From the NCBI GenBank assembly GCA_963675665.1, contig OY776510.1:896001-960000 (forward strand): 64,000 nt of DNA, in the 5' to 3' direction. The translations under genes and the position numbers were made by a program. Position 1 is the first letter of the stretch. Every line of letters starts with the position of its first letter. The notes below the pieces were generated by a model that was given only the letters and a program-made list of their open reading frames with translations, made no database searches and had not been told where the DNA came from. Origin of the DNA: Spirochaetia bacterium (GTDB lineage Bacteria > Spirochaetota > Spirochaetia > UBA9216). Of the stretch, positions 39,593 to 49,853 are shown one piece after another.

Positions 39593-40958
39593 AAAAATAA
39601 TAAAATTATTGGCAATTATGCTGATACTAGCAGGTGTTCTGGCGGCGGCAGGCTGCAATGAGGCTGAAACTTCAAATTCGGCAGAACCGCAGTCAAAGGA
39701 TACGGCAGCGGTTGAGACAGGTTCAACAAAGACTGTGGAAGCGGATTTGTCTGTGCCTCCTCCGGGAAGTCAGGCAACCCAGGAAAAGTGGGATACGTTT
39801 ACAGAGGAAAAGAAGCAGGAGTCCTGGGACAAATATATTGAGTCTCTTGCGGCAGAAACCGGAACCGATGCCGGGACTGCAGCTGAAAATACGCAAACGA
39901 GTACCGTAAAGACTGTTACCACAGAAAAAGCAGTCTCTGTTGTAACTGCCCTGTTAAAGGACAGTCCAATGGAAGTCTACTATTACGGTATTGGTGAAGT
40001 TGAGGCCGGAAAAACCCTGAAAGTGTTTCCGGCTGTTTCAAGTACTGCCGCAACTGTTTATGTAGCCGAGGGGGATTATGTTGAGGCGGGAGACCTGCTG
40101 TTTGCCCTGGACAGCCGTGAATGGGTTAAAGACCTGGAGCGTGCCGAAGAGAAGTGGAATGCAGAACTTGAGCTTGCTCAAATTAGACTGAATGAAGCCA
40201 CTCAGGATTTTGAAAGGACAAAAACATTTTTTGACAGGGACCTGGTTACAAGGCAGGAACTGGAGAAGGTTGAGCAGACGGTTTCAGAAGCCCAGGTCAA
40301 TCTGGAGAAAATACAGATTTCCCGAAAAACAGAGCTTGAAGGTCTGCAGGAAAACTATAAATCACGACTTGGGGTAAGCCCCGGCCGCGGTTATGTTTCT
40401 GCTGTAAGTTTCAGTGAGGGAGAGGCTATTAATTCGGCAGATTTTGTTGAGATAGTTAACCTGGAAGATGTACAGCTGATAATTGAGGTTCCCGAGAACA
40501 TCATACCAAGAATAACCCGCGGTTCGGCGGTCCTGGCAAAAACGCCATCTTCAGCAAGATATGGAATGGAAGGAGCTGTTACCGGATACAGTATAATCCC
40601 TGAAAACAACAGAACATATAAGGTGACAGCCTCTTTGGTAAACAGGAACCAGAGGCTTTTTCCGGGAATGCTTATGGAAGCTCAGATCCGGATCTCACAG
40701 CTGCAGCCGAAGTTTATTGTTCCCCGTGTATCTGTAATCACCGAAGGAAATGATTCTTTTATATTTATTATTGAAGATAATGTCAGCGTAAAGGTTCCCG
40801 TTGAACAGGGTACCGGCAGACAGGGGTATATTCAGGTTGAAGGTGATTTATATACAGACGCCCTTCTTGTTATTGAAGGTCAGAGTTACCTTAAACAGGG
40901 AACTCCTGTAAATATTGTGGATACTCAGACATACCTTCCTGACAGAACCGAATTGTAG
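39585..40958 (+). CDS. RND periplasmic adaptor lipoprotein
   Basis: Lipobox AAGC, VAEGDYVEAGDLL, coiled coil, LFPGM. Confidence 0.88.
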   Translation: MNKKIIKLLAIMLILAGVLAAAGCNEAETSNSAEPQSKDTAAVETGSTKTVEADLSVPPPGSQATQEKWDTFTEEKKQESWDKYIESLAAETGTDAGTAAENTQTSTVKTVTTEKAVSVVTALLKDSPMEVYYYGIGEVEAGKTLKVFPAVSSTAATVYVAEGDYVEAGDLLFALDSREWVKDLERAEEKWNAELELAQIRLNEATQDFERTKTFFDRDLVTRQELEKVEQTVSEAQVNLEKIQISRKTELEGLQENYKSRLGVSPGRGYVSAVSFSEGEAINSADFVEIVNLEDVQLIIEVPENIIPRITRGSAVLAKTPSSARYGMEGAVTGYSIIPENNRTYKVTASLVNRNQRLFPGMLMEAQIRISQLQPKFIVPRVSVITEGNDSFIFIIEDNVSVKVPVEQGTGRQGYIQVEGDLYTDALLVIEGQSYLKQGTPVNIVDTQTYLPDRTEL

Positions 40959-40967
40959 GAGTCGACC

Positions 40968-42347
40968 ATGGTTGCTAAATTAAAATTGTTATTATTTATT
41001 CCGGTTATGCTCATCTGGATAAATCCGCTGTATTCTCAGGACAGTGCGGAATCAGAAAATACTGAACATCTGAAATTTACAGATATCATAAATGATACGA
41101 GGATTTCGGCAGATTACCGTCTTGCCGCGGAAGAATATGAAAAAAACATACTGGAAATGGAATTATACAGGCACCCCGGAGACTTCGGAATTAATCTGAC
41201 CCCCGGCCTGAAACTCCAATGGACTGATTTTGAAACTCCGGCTCAGACGGATTTGAATCTGAATGCAGGTGTTTCCTGGTTTACCGGTAGAAATCCTGTT
41301 TCCGAAGAAAAATATCAGGCTTCAGTAAGGGCTGTTGAGGCGGCAAGGCTTGGAATGGATACGGCACTGAATGACACTGTAGTACTTTTTTATAAACTGT
41401 ATTCAGGTTTATGGCTTCAGCAGCAGGAGAGGCAGATTTTAGAGCAGGAGAAATCCCTTGCTGAAGAGCGCTATTCAGGCGCGTACCAGATGTACCTCGA
41501 AGGCAGTATTTCAACCAGTGAGCTTGAGGATGCTGATGAGGATCTGCGTCTTGCGGAAGAGTCCCTGCAGGAAAATGTGCTTGATCAGCGGATTACATGG
41601 TTTACTCTGCAGCAATACAGGGGTAAGCCGATTACCGATCAGAACATGATAATCCCTGTACTGGAGAAATTCCAGTTTGAAACCCCGGAAACGGAAAAAC
41701 CTTCACTGCTCAGCGATATTACGGTGTCTGTTAATTATGATATTCTTAAACTTCAGAATGCGCTGATATCATTGCAGGAAACCTCCGCCCGCCTGAAAAA
41801 GATTAATACGGGACTGAGTTTTAAACCTTACTTTGGATATGATGACTACCTTGCTACGTTTAACTATGCAGTAGACAACAGCACTATGAGTCTGAATACG
41901 GCAATACCGATTCTCAGTTTAAACAGCTCCAGTCCCCAGGATTCTCAGAAGAAGTGGAATGCCGGAATAACTGTAGTTTTTGATATTGATTCAGGAAAAT
42001 CGGATACTTTGGAATTGAAAGTACTCGATAAGGAAATAATCCAGCAGAAAATACTGTTAAAAAAACAGATAGATAAATCAGACCTTGAATTAAGAACCTT
42101 TTATCAGCAGCTGCTCCAGGCCAGACAGGCTCTTGAGTTATCGGAAAATGCGTATCAGAGACAGCTTAAACTCAAAAATGCCGTATCCGTGCGTGTTGAT
42201 TCCGGAACAGCTCTCAGAATAGATCTTCTTGCCGCGGAAACAGCCCTACAGAGAAGCCTATGGAAAGTCAGCAGTGCAGGGATTGCTGTGCAGCAGGCTT
42301 ACCTGAACTATAAACTTCTTGAAGGAGATATGAGCGGAATCTGGTGA
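40968..42347 (+). CDS. TolC-family outer membrane protein
   Basis: Signal peptide; two TolC-like helical repeats (Y..GSIS..EL..A; GTA...DLL.A). Confidence 0.75.
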   Translation: MVAKLKLLLFIPVMLIWINPLYSQDSAESENTEHLKFTDIINDTRISADYRLAAEEYEKNILEMELYRHPGDFGINLTPGLKLQWTDFETPAQTDLNLNAGVSWFTGRNPVSEEKYQASVRAVEAARLGMDTALNDTVVLFYKLYSGLWLQQQERQILEQEKSLAEERYSGAYQMYLEGSISTSELEDADEDLRLAEESLQENVLDQRITWFTLQQYRGKPITDQNMIIPVLEKFQFETPETEKPSLLSDITVSVNYDILKLQNALISLQETSARLKKINTGLSFKPYFGYDDYLATFNYAVDNSTMSLNTAIPILSLNSSSPQDSQKKWNAGITVVFDIDSGKSDTLELKVLDKEIIQQKILLKKQIDKSDLELRTFYQQLLQARQALELSENAYQRQLKLKNAVSVRVDSGTALRIDLLAAETALQRSLWKVSSAGIAVQQAYLNYKLLEGDMSGIW

Positions 42348-42355
42348 TGAGGTAG

Positions 42356-42478
42356 TTGCCTAACTCAGATTCCCTTTTTTGTAACACTGATAGCAACACC
42401 TGTTTCTAATTCATCTGAAACAGATTCAATAACAGAATAAATTATACCTGCTAATTTATCAGCCTTTAATCCCTCCAT
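42356..42478 (-). pseudogene. Possible C-terminal fragment of a DUF5615/PIN-like protein
   Basis: EGLKADKLAGII...DELETGVAISVTKKGI*VRQL recalls DUF5615 C-termini. Confidence 0.35.
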
Positions 42479-42545
42479 ACGAATTCGAATATCAGGTACT
42501 TGAAAGGTAGCACAATGATGGTAGAATAGTCAGCAGGAGAATAAA

Positions 42546-43433
42546 GTGAAAAACATTCCTTCTCAGATCAGAGCCTCCCTGAAACCCTCACTTGAACGAT
42601 GGGAAAACAATCGTGAAACAGCGGAGAAAATTTCCTCCCTGTACCCTGTGACCTCCGGGACACTTAAAACCAGAAAGGGAAACTGGGAAATCTATACACG
42701 TTCTTCAGATCCGGTTCCGCATTTTCTGGAACAGGAAGCTGATTCATTTCAACCCGGGTTTTCTGCTGTTTATAAGCGGGAGGGGAAGCCTCTTTCTTTC
42801 GTCACCGGCGAGTCAGTTGATATAGATACTATAAATCAGAGCCTTCGGACAGTCAGCCGGAAAATGGCGGAGCAACGCTGGCTGTTTTCACATCCGTTGA
42901 AAAGCCTGAATGAAGAGTACGGCTTTCAGGCGGGAATAAAATGGGGACTCAGGATCATGATACTGCTGACAGTTTTTGTGATATTTGACCTTTTTCTTAT
43001 CCCTAATTATCCGGAAGCCCTGGCCCAGGGGTTGTCCATTTCATTCCTTGGAGGAGATGCTGCCGGTCTGGATTTTACAGGTTACCAAAGCCTGATCTTA
43101 CGGCTTATTACCCCGATTTTGGGAGAGGAATATTTATATCTAGCCTATTCAATTTATTCACTTGCCGCTTTCTTCATCATTCCGATTTTGATATTTACCG
43201 TTTGGACGGAAATAGCGGGGAAACGGGCTGATAAGTTAAGAATGAAAAAGCTTCCGCCGAAAGCCCTGAATTTTCTTTACGGTTTCGAAGCGCAAAAAGT
43301 TATGAATATTGAATATGCCCGACTGCGGGAGGAAGAGAAAAAAGGGCGTCTCTACCGGCAGCTTTCGGGTTTGGGTTTGAAGGTGTCAAAGGAAGAATTT
43401 CAAAAGCTCTATATAGAAATGCTTCATGGATGA
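42546..43433 (+). CDS. Hypothetical membrane protein
   Basis: AGGAGA RBS, GTG start, two hydrophobic segments. Confidence 0.7.
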   Translation: MKNIPSQIRASLKPSLERWENNRETAEKISSLYPVTSGTLKTRKGNWEIYTRSSDPVPHFLEQEADSFQPGFSAVYKREGKPLSFVTGESVDIDTINQSLRTVSRKMAEQRWLFSHPLKSLNEEYGFQAGIKWGLRIMILLTVFVIFDLFLIPNYPEALAQGLSISFLGGDAAGLDFTGYQSLILRLITPILGEEYLYLAYSIYSLAAFFIIPILIFTVWTEIAGKRADKLRMKKLPPKALNFLYGFEAQKVMNIEYARLREEEKKGRLYRQLSGLGLKVSKEEFQKLYIEMLHG

Positions 43434-43449
43434 TAAACAGGACGCGTCA

Positions 43450-43750
43450 GCGGTATTTCCTCGATACATTCTTTGAGAATTATAATATTCCATATATTCT
43501 GAGATGATTTTCCTGCCCTGTTTCCCGGAAAACAGCAGAAAAAGATCAAAAGCTTAATGTTTGGTGCATGTGAGCAGAGATTTACTCCCTTAATTCCATA
43601 ATCAGTATTAATCTATTGAAGTGAGTAGAGAGTAGAAGAAGCTGAATATGATTTGATTATATCCATGATTTTGATTGTAGTAAATTTTCCATATTAGAGT
43701 GGCTCAAAGTTCCGGATGAAAAAACTAACACACGGTATTTCTATGTTAGC
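43450..43750 (-). pseudogene. DDE element relic 4 (multiply deleted) with 5'-end repeat
   Basis: 43450-43590 aligns to 28795-28975; 43622-43735 aligns to 29881-29990. Confidence 0.75.
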
Positions 43751-43757
43751 TTTTTGT

Positions 43758-43901
43758 AGGCTATCGGGAAGACGTTTTATGGCCGGATTACAACAGATAG
43801 TGTTTTATCATTTACCCTGAATGATTGGAAAGTCTGATCCGTAATAAAATCTTAAGAAAATTCCATGGATTTTTCAGTATAATTTAAATAATCCGGGAAT
43901 T
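43758..43901 (-). pseudogene. Decayed copy of the HEPN toxin gene
   Basis: AGGCTATCGGGAAGACGTTTT is identical to 30188-30208 and similarity continues to about 30352 with a deletion. Confidence 0.8.
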
Positions 43902-44067
43902 GGCATTGCCGCCTGTTCTGACTGTATTGTACTCCAAATTTTACTTACAAAGCGGCACCGAAGGTATCGCCAATTGAAATGGGCGCTCTGAGCTTGAATG
44001 TGGAAAAGTTGCTACATTAAAAAAAATCACATGATCTACTTTTTCTAAGTAAGCGGTAATTCTTCCC

Positions 44068-45600
44068 CTATGACTTTATCTGTTCAGCGGTCAGGTTGAA
44101 CGGTAGCAGTTTTTCATAATCTGCGGGTTCTTCACAGTACGGTAACTTGCGAAAAACATAGTAGAAGTAATCATAGACCGATAGCTTCTGCAATTTAGCA
44201 GATTCAACAAGACTGTAGAGTACCGCCGAAGATTCGGCTCCATGTTCGGTGTCGGAAAACAACCAGTTCTTCCGTCCGATTACAAACGGCCGGATTGCAT
44301 TTTCAGCAATGTTGTTCGACGGAGTAAGCAGCGGATCTTCCAGGTATAACTTTAACTGAACCCAGTTATCAAGCGTGTATGATATCGCCTTCCCGAAAGC
44401 CATTGTAGGCGGAGTCCCTGCTGCATGTTTAGTAAGCTGTTTGAATAAAGAATCAAGGATAGATCCGGCCTGGTTGGCTCGATGCTTCTGAAAGCCTTTT
44501 TTGGAATATTGCTCGCGCAGGGCTTCAAGCTCGAACAGGTCTTTAATCAATTCAAGTATATGTTTTACTTCCGGAGATTTAGACATCTCCCAGTATTTAT
44601 AAAAATACCTTCTGGCATGCGCCCAACATAAAACATGACGAGGTCCATCATGTCCATCTTTTCGCAGCCTTTTCAAAGCAGTGTGATAGGCCTCATAATC
44701 ATCAGTCTGCAACCAACCGGTATAACCTTGCAGAAAATCATACGGTATTTCATGAGAACGGCCTGTTTCATACTGAAACACTACCGATTTTTTATCAGGT
44801 TTTCCGCCAAGAAAGACCCACATCCAGGATTTATCCTGTGCTTTGCGACCTTTTTCTTTCAAAACCTGTACCCGGGTTTCATCGGCATTTATTATCGGCC
44901 CGTTTTTAATATTATCTTTAAGCAACTCATAAATCGGTCTGCATTTATCAGCGCACTTTATTGCCAATGTGCTCAGTGTTGCCCTTGGAATATCTGCACC
45001 AATTGTATTCAGTCTCTTGCTCTGACGGTAGAACGGGAGAGCATATTCAAACTTCTCATTTATGATCCACGCGAGAAGGCTTTCATCGGCAATGCTCCCG
45101 GCGATCAGATGTTTAATCCCTTCAGCAGTCTGCACCCCCGAAGTTTCATCGGTGGTTCCTTCACAATTTCTGCAAACATATTTTTTCTTTATCTCACGCC
45201 TGACTACTACTTTCGCAGGAACTATGCATAGCCGTTCGGAGACATCTTCACCAATACAAATCTTCTCAGTTCCGCAAGCGCATGTTTTATCTTCCTCATC
45301 AATATCGTATTCAATAATTTCTCGGGGAAGATCTTCTGACAGAGCTTTTCTACCGACACCCTTACGAACAGTTTTCGTGTGAGCTTTTACTTCACGGGTC
45401 TCAGTTTCTATTTCTTCGTTCTGCTCAAATGCCGTATCCTCTGCCTCGTTGAAAAGTGACGCCTGTTTTTTATCTTCATTCGTGAGCTTCTCTGATTTTG
45501 TTCCGAAATGAAGAGATTGCAAAAGCTGGACCTGCTCTTCTAATCGGGCAATTTTTATTTTTAATTTCTCATTCTCTTCAAGCAAAGCCTGGCTGTTCAT
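44068..45600 (-). CDS. tnpC: IS66 transposase TnpC
   Basis: FGTKSEK, zinc finger, ADET, CWAHARR, NNIAENAIRP..IGRKNWLF. Confidence 0.95.
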   Translation of the reverse strand: MNSQALLEENEKLKIKIARLEEQVQLLQSLHFGTKSEKLTNEDKKQASLFNEAEDTAFEQNEEIETETREVKAHTKTVRKGVGRKALSEDLPREIIEYDIDEEDKTCACGTEKICIGEDVSERLCIVPAKVVVRREIKKKYVCRNCEGTTDETSGVQTAEGIKHLIAGSIADESLLAWIINEKFEYALPFYRQSKRLNTIGADIPRATLSTLAIKCADKCRPIYELLKDNIKNGPIINADETRVQVLKEKGRKAQDKSWMWVFLGGKPDKKSVVFQYETGRSHEIPYDFLQGYTGWLQTDDYEAYHTALKRLRKDGHDGPRHVLCWAHARRYFYKYWEMSKSPEVKHILELIKDLFELEALREQYSKKGFQKHRANQAGSILDSLFKQLTKHAAGTPPTMAFGKAISYTLDNWVQLKLYLEDPLLTPSNNIAENAIRPFVIGRKNWLFSDTEHGAESSAVLYSLVESAKLQKLSVYDYFYYVFRKLPYCEEPADYEKLLPFNLTAEQIKS

Positions 45601-45638
45601 AAATAAATTTTAACATGATTAAATTCCGGTGTGAAGCA

Positions 45639-45983
45639 TTAAACGCGGGAATATGATAATTCTTTATGCGCGTTGAAGAAATCTATCCCGTCCAGCAGCA
45701 TCTTAAGTTCCTCGAATCTGATTTCTCTGGCCTCTTCTTCTGTTTCAGGCCAGGGAAACTTGTTCTTCTCCAACCGTTTCTGCCATAGGCAGAATCCGTT
45801 TCGATCCCAGTAGACAATTTTCAAAAGTTTTTGTTGGCCGTTACAGAACAGAAACAAACTTTTCGAAAACGGGTCATTATGCATTACGTTCTGAATCTGA
45901 AGGCTCAATCCGTTTACCCCTTTTCTTAAATCCGTTTTGCCGGGCCGTATAAAATATCGGTAATCTGTATAATCGAAAATCAT
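45639..45983 (-). CDS. tnpB: IS66 accessory TnpB
   Basis: TDLRKGVNGL, LFLFCN, WDRNGFCLWQKRLEK..F.WP. Confidence 0.93.
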   Translation of the reverse strand: MIFDYTDYRYFIRPGKTDLRKGVNGLSLQIQNVMHNDPFSKSLFLFCNGQQKLLKIVYWDRNGFCLWQKRLEKNKFPWPETEEEAREIRFEELKMLLDGIDFFNAHKELSYSRV

Positions 45984-46279
45984 TCAAGTTCTCCGATTAT
46001 TCTCAGAACTGATTTCAGCTCGGCTTCATCAAACCCGGCAGTTATTGATATTAAAAACTTTTTGGACTTCAATACAATTGGTGCAGCTGCTACAGATTGA
46101 ACGGGTTTTATTTCTATTATCTCTGAGCTCTTTGACAGGTTCATACCGAACCGTTTTCTGTGCTTATAGAAAGTATTTGGATGAATTTCAATCTCTTTGC
46201 AAAACTCCGGAATTGATTTTCCGCTCATCTGTTGTTGTTCAAATATTTCTTCCCAGTTTTTGATTATCTTCTTCATTTC
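45980..46279 (-). CDS. tnpA: IS66 TnpA-like HTH protein
   Basis: W......SGKSIPEFC...I...TFY. Confidence 0.8.
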   Translation of the reverse strand, partial: EMKKIIKNWEEIFEQQQMSGKSIPEFCKEIEIHPNTFYKHRKRFGMNLSKSSEIIEIKPVQSVAAAPIVLKSKKFLISITAGFDEAELKSVLRIIGELE

Positions 46280-46500
46280 ATTCCTCCGTGATTCTTTTCC
46301 CGGAGGATAGTACATTTTCAGATTTTCGCAAGAAGGAAAGAATTACCGCTTACTTTTCTAAGTATTATATAAACCGAATCACGGAGTGATGTAACTCATT
46401 TGTTACCGTTACATGACTCGTTCATTACCACTTTCATATTCTTGGACTCTGGTTTTTCCGGCATATTTTACTAATCACTGGTATAGATAAAGGAGAAACT

Positions 46501-47895
46501 ATGTTTAAAAAGATTGCCATTTTTTTGCTGTTTATTTCGGCAATTACCTCAACTCTCTGTGCGTTGGAACAAATTGATGAAACGCAGTTTGACAGCTTTG
46601 TCCGTCGGATCATAGAGAAGTATAAAATCCCCGGAGTTTCCATTGCCGTATTTAATGCAAATGAAATCCTTTACACTTTCGGAGATGGAAAAACAATCGG
46701 GAAGACAGCGATTGACAGTGACACTGTCTTCTACCTCGGTTCGACGAGTAAGACTCTTACAGCCCTGGCTATTCTGAAATTGTATGAACAAGGAAAAATC
46801 GATTTGGATGTTCCCTATAACCGGTATGTGCCCGAATTCACATCGCCATATGCCGAACAGCTTACGATTCGCCATCTCCTTCATCATCGGAGTGGTCTTG
46901 CCAGCAGGGAATTACTGTTGGGAGAAAATTCTTTTAAAGAGGAATTGAAAAGCATCAATCAAAAATGTGTTTCCACGATACCTCCCGGAGAAAGATATAT
47001 CTATTTCAACGGAAACTACAGATTACTAGGCCTCTTGGCAGAGGAAGTTTCGGGAATGGAATTTGAAGATTATATGAGACGGGAAATATTATCTCCCCTT
47101 GAACTTGAAAACATATACGCCGGACTGCCTTCTGTTAAGAACTCGGCACAAGGTCATGGCCGTTTCTTTGGAATTCCATTTTGCAGGAATCAGGTCTATA
47201 GACCGGGAGCTTTAACTTCCGGCTATTTCAGCGCCAGTACCGGAGACCTGGGGCGTCTTCTCATTAATATCCTGCAATCATATGAAGGGAACGGAATATT
47301 CAGGCACGATACCATAGCCGAATCATGGACCGTTATGGACAATGAGGATGAATCCTACGCCATGGGGTGGCTGAAAATACGGGATGGCGATTCGTTCTTT
47401 CTGGTGCACGGAGGGGCCCTCGAAAATTTTCAGAGCTTTCTTTATTTGAATCCGGACAAACAATTCGGCTTTGTTTTGCTGATAAATCAGGGAGGTCTTT
47501 TGTCCACATACGGAGGATTCTCTTCTCTGAGAGCCGGACTGATCAATATGCTTTCCGGAGTCGCAACCGAAGAGAAAGTATTAAACCCAATCTTCTATAT
47601 TGTATACGGCATTTTTGTTTTAATCTTTTTTCTTGAGCTCTTTTTGTTTTTTCGCTTATTGAAAAAGAAAGAGTCGTCACTTGCAGGCATAATTATAGAG
47701 AGCGCACTCTCCCTGTTCTTTCTTTTAGGCTTTATCCCCTTGATGAACAGGATTATGGGAGGCGGAGCTAACTGGAGGTTTATCGGAAATATATTACCGG
47801 AATTGTTTGTTCTTCTCTGGATTATTATAATATTCGGATTGGCAAGGGCGCTTATAAAAATCGGGTATCTGTTTCATTTTCCCAAAGTGAGATGA
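46501..47895 (+). CDS. Serine hydrolase (beta-lactamase/PBP family) with C-terminal TM helices
   Basis: STSK (SxxK), LLHHRSG, YFN, HGG. Confidence 0.9.
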   Translation: MFKKIAIFLLFISAITSTLCALEQIDETQFDSFVRRIIEKYKIPGVSIAVFNANEILYTFGDGKTIGKTAIDSDTVFYLGSTSKTLTALAILKLYEQGKIDLDVPYNRYVPEFTSPYAEQLTIRHLLHHRSGLASRELLLGENSFKEELKSINQKCVSTIPPGERYIYFNGNYRLLGLLAEEVSGMEFEDYMRREILSPLELENIYAGLPSVKNSAQGHGRFFGIPFCRNQVYRPGALTSGYFSASTGDLGRLLINILQSYEGNGIFRHDTIAESWTVMDNEDESYAMGWLKIRDGDSFFLVHGGALENFQSFLYLNPDKQFGFVLLINQGGLLSTYGGFSSLRAGLINMLSGVATEEKVLNPIFYIVYGIFVLIFFLELFLFFRLLKKKESSLAGIIIESALSLFFLLGFIPLMNRIMGGGANWRFIGNILPELFVLLWIIIIFGLARALIKIGYLFHFPKVR

Positions 47896-48826
47896 AATCT
47901 CTCCGGGTTTCTACTCCCGTTTTTTGGAAAATACTGTGGATATGATTTTTTACGGTACCGTATGAAATATTGAGATGCTGGCTTATCTCTTTATTGGAAA
48001 GACCACTTTGAACCATAAGGGATATCTCTTCTTCCCGGTGCGATAATTGGAATTGCTTTAACAAGGCTTTTCTTTTTCTTGTCAGAAGACCGGAGATGTC
48101 CCTGTTGTGGTTTGCCTTGAAAAGATAGTAGAAGGAAACAATTGATATTATAAGAAAGATCGGAGGATAGTAAATCAACTCAAGAGGGTTTGGGAGCTGA
48201 TCATAGTCAAAGAAATTCGGCGTGATTTCTTCAAAGCGAGCAGGATATCTCGAAATGATATTAATCAGTGTGAAGATAATATATAAACCTGATATAATGC
48301 TGCAAACCAGATATTCGTTTGCCGGTATGGAAGAAAAATTCCTTTTCAGAGTTCTCCAGCCCCATATAACAAGACCTGCAGCCGGCAATGCCAGCGACGA
48401 TACGAAAAGAATGACTGAATCGATCAATGAAAAGAGGTTCGGGTTAACAGGTAGAATGAGATTTACGGCAAAGGCCAAAAAAGGAGAAAATGCCGTCAGT
48501 ATTAAGAAGAACGAGAGCAAATGCGAAATCTTTTGTTTTAATAACTTGTAGACAAGAATAAATGCACAGACGCCGAAAAGTGATTCCGGAATAAATCTTA
48601 ACAGGAATATCAGTCTGATGTAGGGTTTGATAGTCTCAGGGCGGAAGTTTAATATCAAATACTGACGGATTAATGCCATCGCCCCGTCATGAAATAGAAG
48701 AAATAATAATATAGAGTAATACAGCAGAGAAGATGAACGATTTTTTCCGTATTGAAAAAATGTGATCGAAATTACTCCCCAAAGCAAAGTTAAAGCGATT
48801 CCGTTCACCAAAAGTACTATATGCAT
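47852..48826 (-). CDS. Membrane-bound LuxR-type regulator
   Basis: About 7 TM helices then LSHREEEI...GLSNKEI...TVKNH. Confidence 0.85.
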   Translation of the reverse strand: MHIVLLVNGIALTLLWGVISITFFQYGKNRSSSLLYYSILLFLLFHDGAMALIRQYLILNFRPETIKPYIRLIFLLRFIPESLFGVCAFILVYKLLKQKISHLLSFFLILTAFSPFLAFAVNLILPVNPNLFSLIDSVILFVSSLALPAAGLVIWGWRTLKRNFSSIPANEYLVCSIISGLYIIFTLINIISRYPARFEEITPNFFDYDQLPNPLELIYYPPIFLIISIVSFYYLFKANHNRDISGLLTRKRKALLKQFQLSHREEEISLMVQSGLSNKEISQHLNISYGTVKNHIHSIFQKTGVETRRDFISLWENETDTRFL

Positions 48827-48895
48827 TGTAAAATATTAGATTATCAATTTCCTGTTGTCAATTAAGGCAATAAAGGAAAAGGAAAACAAAGAATA

Positions 48896-48942
48896 CAGTG
48901 CATTGGCATTTTTCACTTTTAAGCACTTGAACGGTATTTATG
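48896..48942 (-). pseudogene. Tiny 3'-end relic of the DDE element
   Basis: TAAGCACTTGAACGGTA encodes YRSSA* and aligns to 28674-28720. Confidence 0.55.
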
Positions 48943-49063
48943 CCGAAGGGTGCTTCTTCTGAAGGGTTTATCATGCTACAAGTTGCCGCACCAGAGGCGG
49001 ACTTGTCCTGGCGATGTGGCAGCAAATGCACTCTCAATTTAATTTCTTAAATATAATTCATTT

Positions 49064-49081
49064 CCGTAGCATATGTTACAG
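49064..49081. promoter_or_regulatory. Candidate Crp/Fnr-family (HcpR2-like) site
   Basis: CCGTAGCATATGTTACAG, close to the CTGTAAC-N4-GTTACAG palindrome. Confidence 0.4.
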
Positions 49082-49104
49082 ACATGTCTTAATATATTAG
49101 AAGT

Positions 49105-49842
49105 ATGAACCTATATAAAGTTTTGGCTTCCGAATATAAAGAAATCTTTCCTTCCTCAAATGAAAAAGTTGAATTTGTCGAATCATATCTTGATAAAGCC
49201 GAATCCCAGCAAATACTGGACATCGGATGCGCCAGTGGAGAGTTGGTCTGTCAATTATCTTCATCAAACAGAGACGTTACAGGAATCGACCTTGATGCAC
49301 TTATGATAGAGGAGGCCATGGCTTTCTTGCCTTCGGTTCCTGCAACCAGGGTACAATTCCATCAGGCTGATATGCTCCGGTTTTTGTCAGATTCAGGTGC
49401 CTGTCGGTTTGACCTGATAAGCTGCCTGGGCAATACAGTTGTTTATCTTGATGGGGAGACTGAATTGAAGAAGTTTCTCTTATTGGTAAAAAATGTGCTG
49501 AAGCAGCATGGAACGATGATCATACAAATATTGAATTACAGTAATCCGGAGATAGTTCCAGGTTTTACTTTTCCGACAGTTGAAACAGGCAGGATTGAAT
49601 TCAACAGGGAGTATGTGGCAATGGATGATTCATCAAAATTGGGTTTTAAGACTTCCATTAAAGATAAATCTACAGGTGAGACTGATACGGATTTACATCG
49701 ACACTATCCGTTTTTAAGCAGTAGAATTGTAGAGATAGCAAAGGATGCGGGATTTAAAGATGCACATATTTACGGCGGTTATGACGGGAAAGAAGCTGAT
49801 GTTTCAAATTTCTTTCATCTGATAGTTCTGAAGACGGGTTAA
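49105..49842 (+). CDS. Class I SAM-dependent methyltransferase
   Basis: ILDIGCASG, GIDLD, CLGNT, IQILNY. Confidence 0.9.
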   Translation: MNLYKVLASEYKEIFPSSNEKVEFVESYLDKAESQQILDIGCASGELVCQLSSSNRDVTGIDLDALMIEEAMAFLPSVPATRVQFHQADMLRFLSDSGACRFDLISCLGNTVVYLDGETELKKFLLLVKNVLKQHGTMIIQILNYSNPEIVPGFTFPTVETGRIEFNREYVAMDDSSKLGFKTSIKDKSTGETDTDLHRHYPFLSSRIVEIAKDAGFKDAHIYGGYDGKEADVSNFFHLIVLKTG

Positions 49843-49853
49843 GCAGTTAAGCG

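Larger units (their letters stand above)
44049..46353 (-). mobile_element. IS66-family element, complete
   Basis: IRs GTAAGCGGTAATTCTT / AAGAATTACCGCTTAC; 8-bp duplication TTTTCTAA at 44041-44048 and 46354-46361. Confidence 0.95.

Noticed and set aside
48965-49030. SAM-I riboswitch upstream of the methyltransferase
   Set aside because: TTATC and CAGCAA are present but the GGAGGGA/CCC and GGTGC elements are missing
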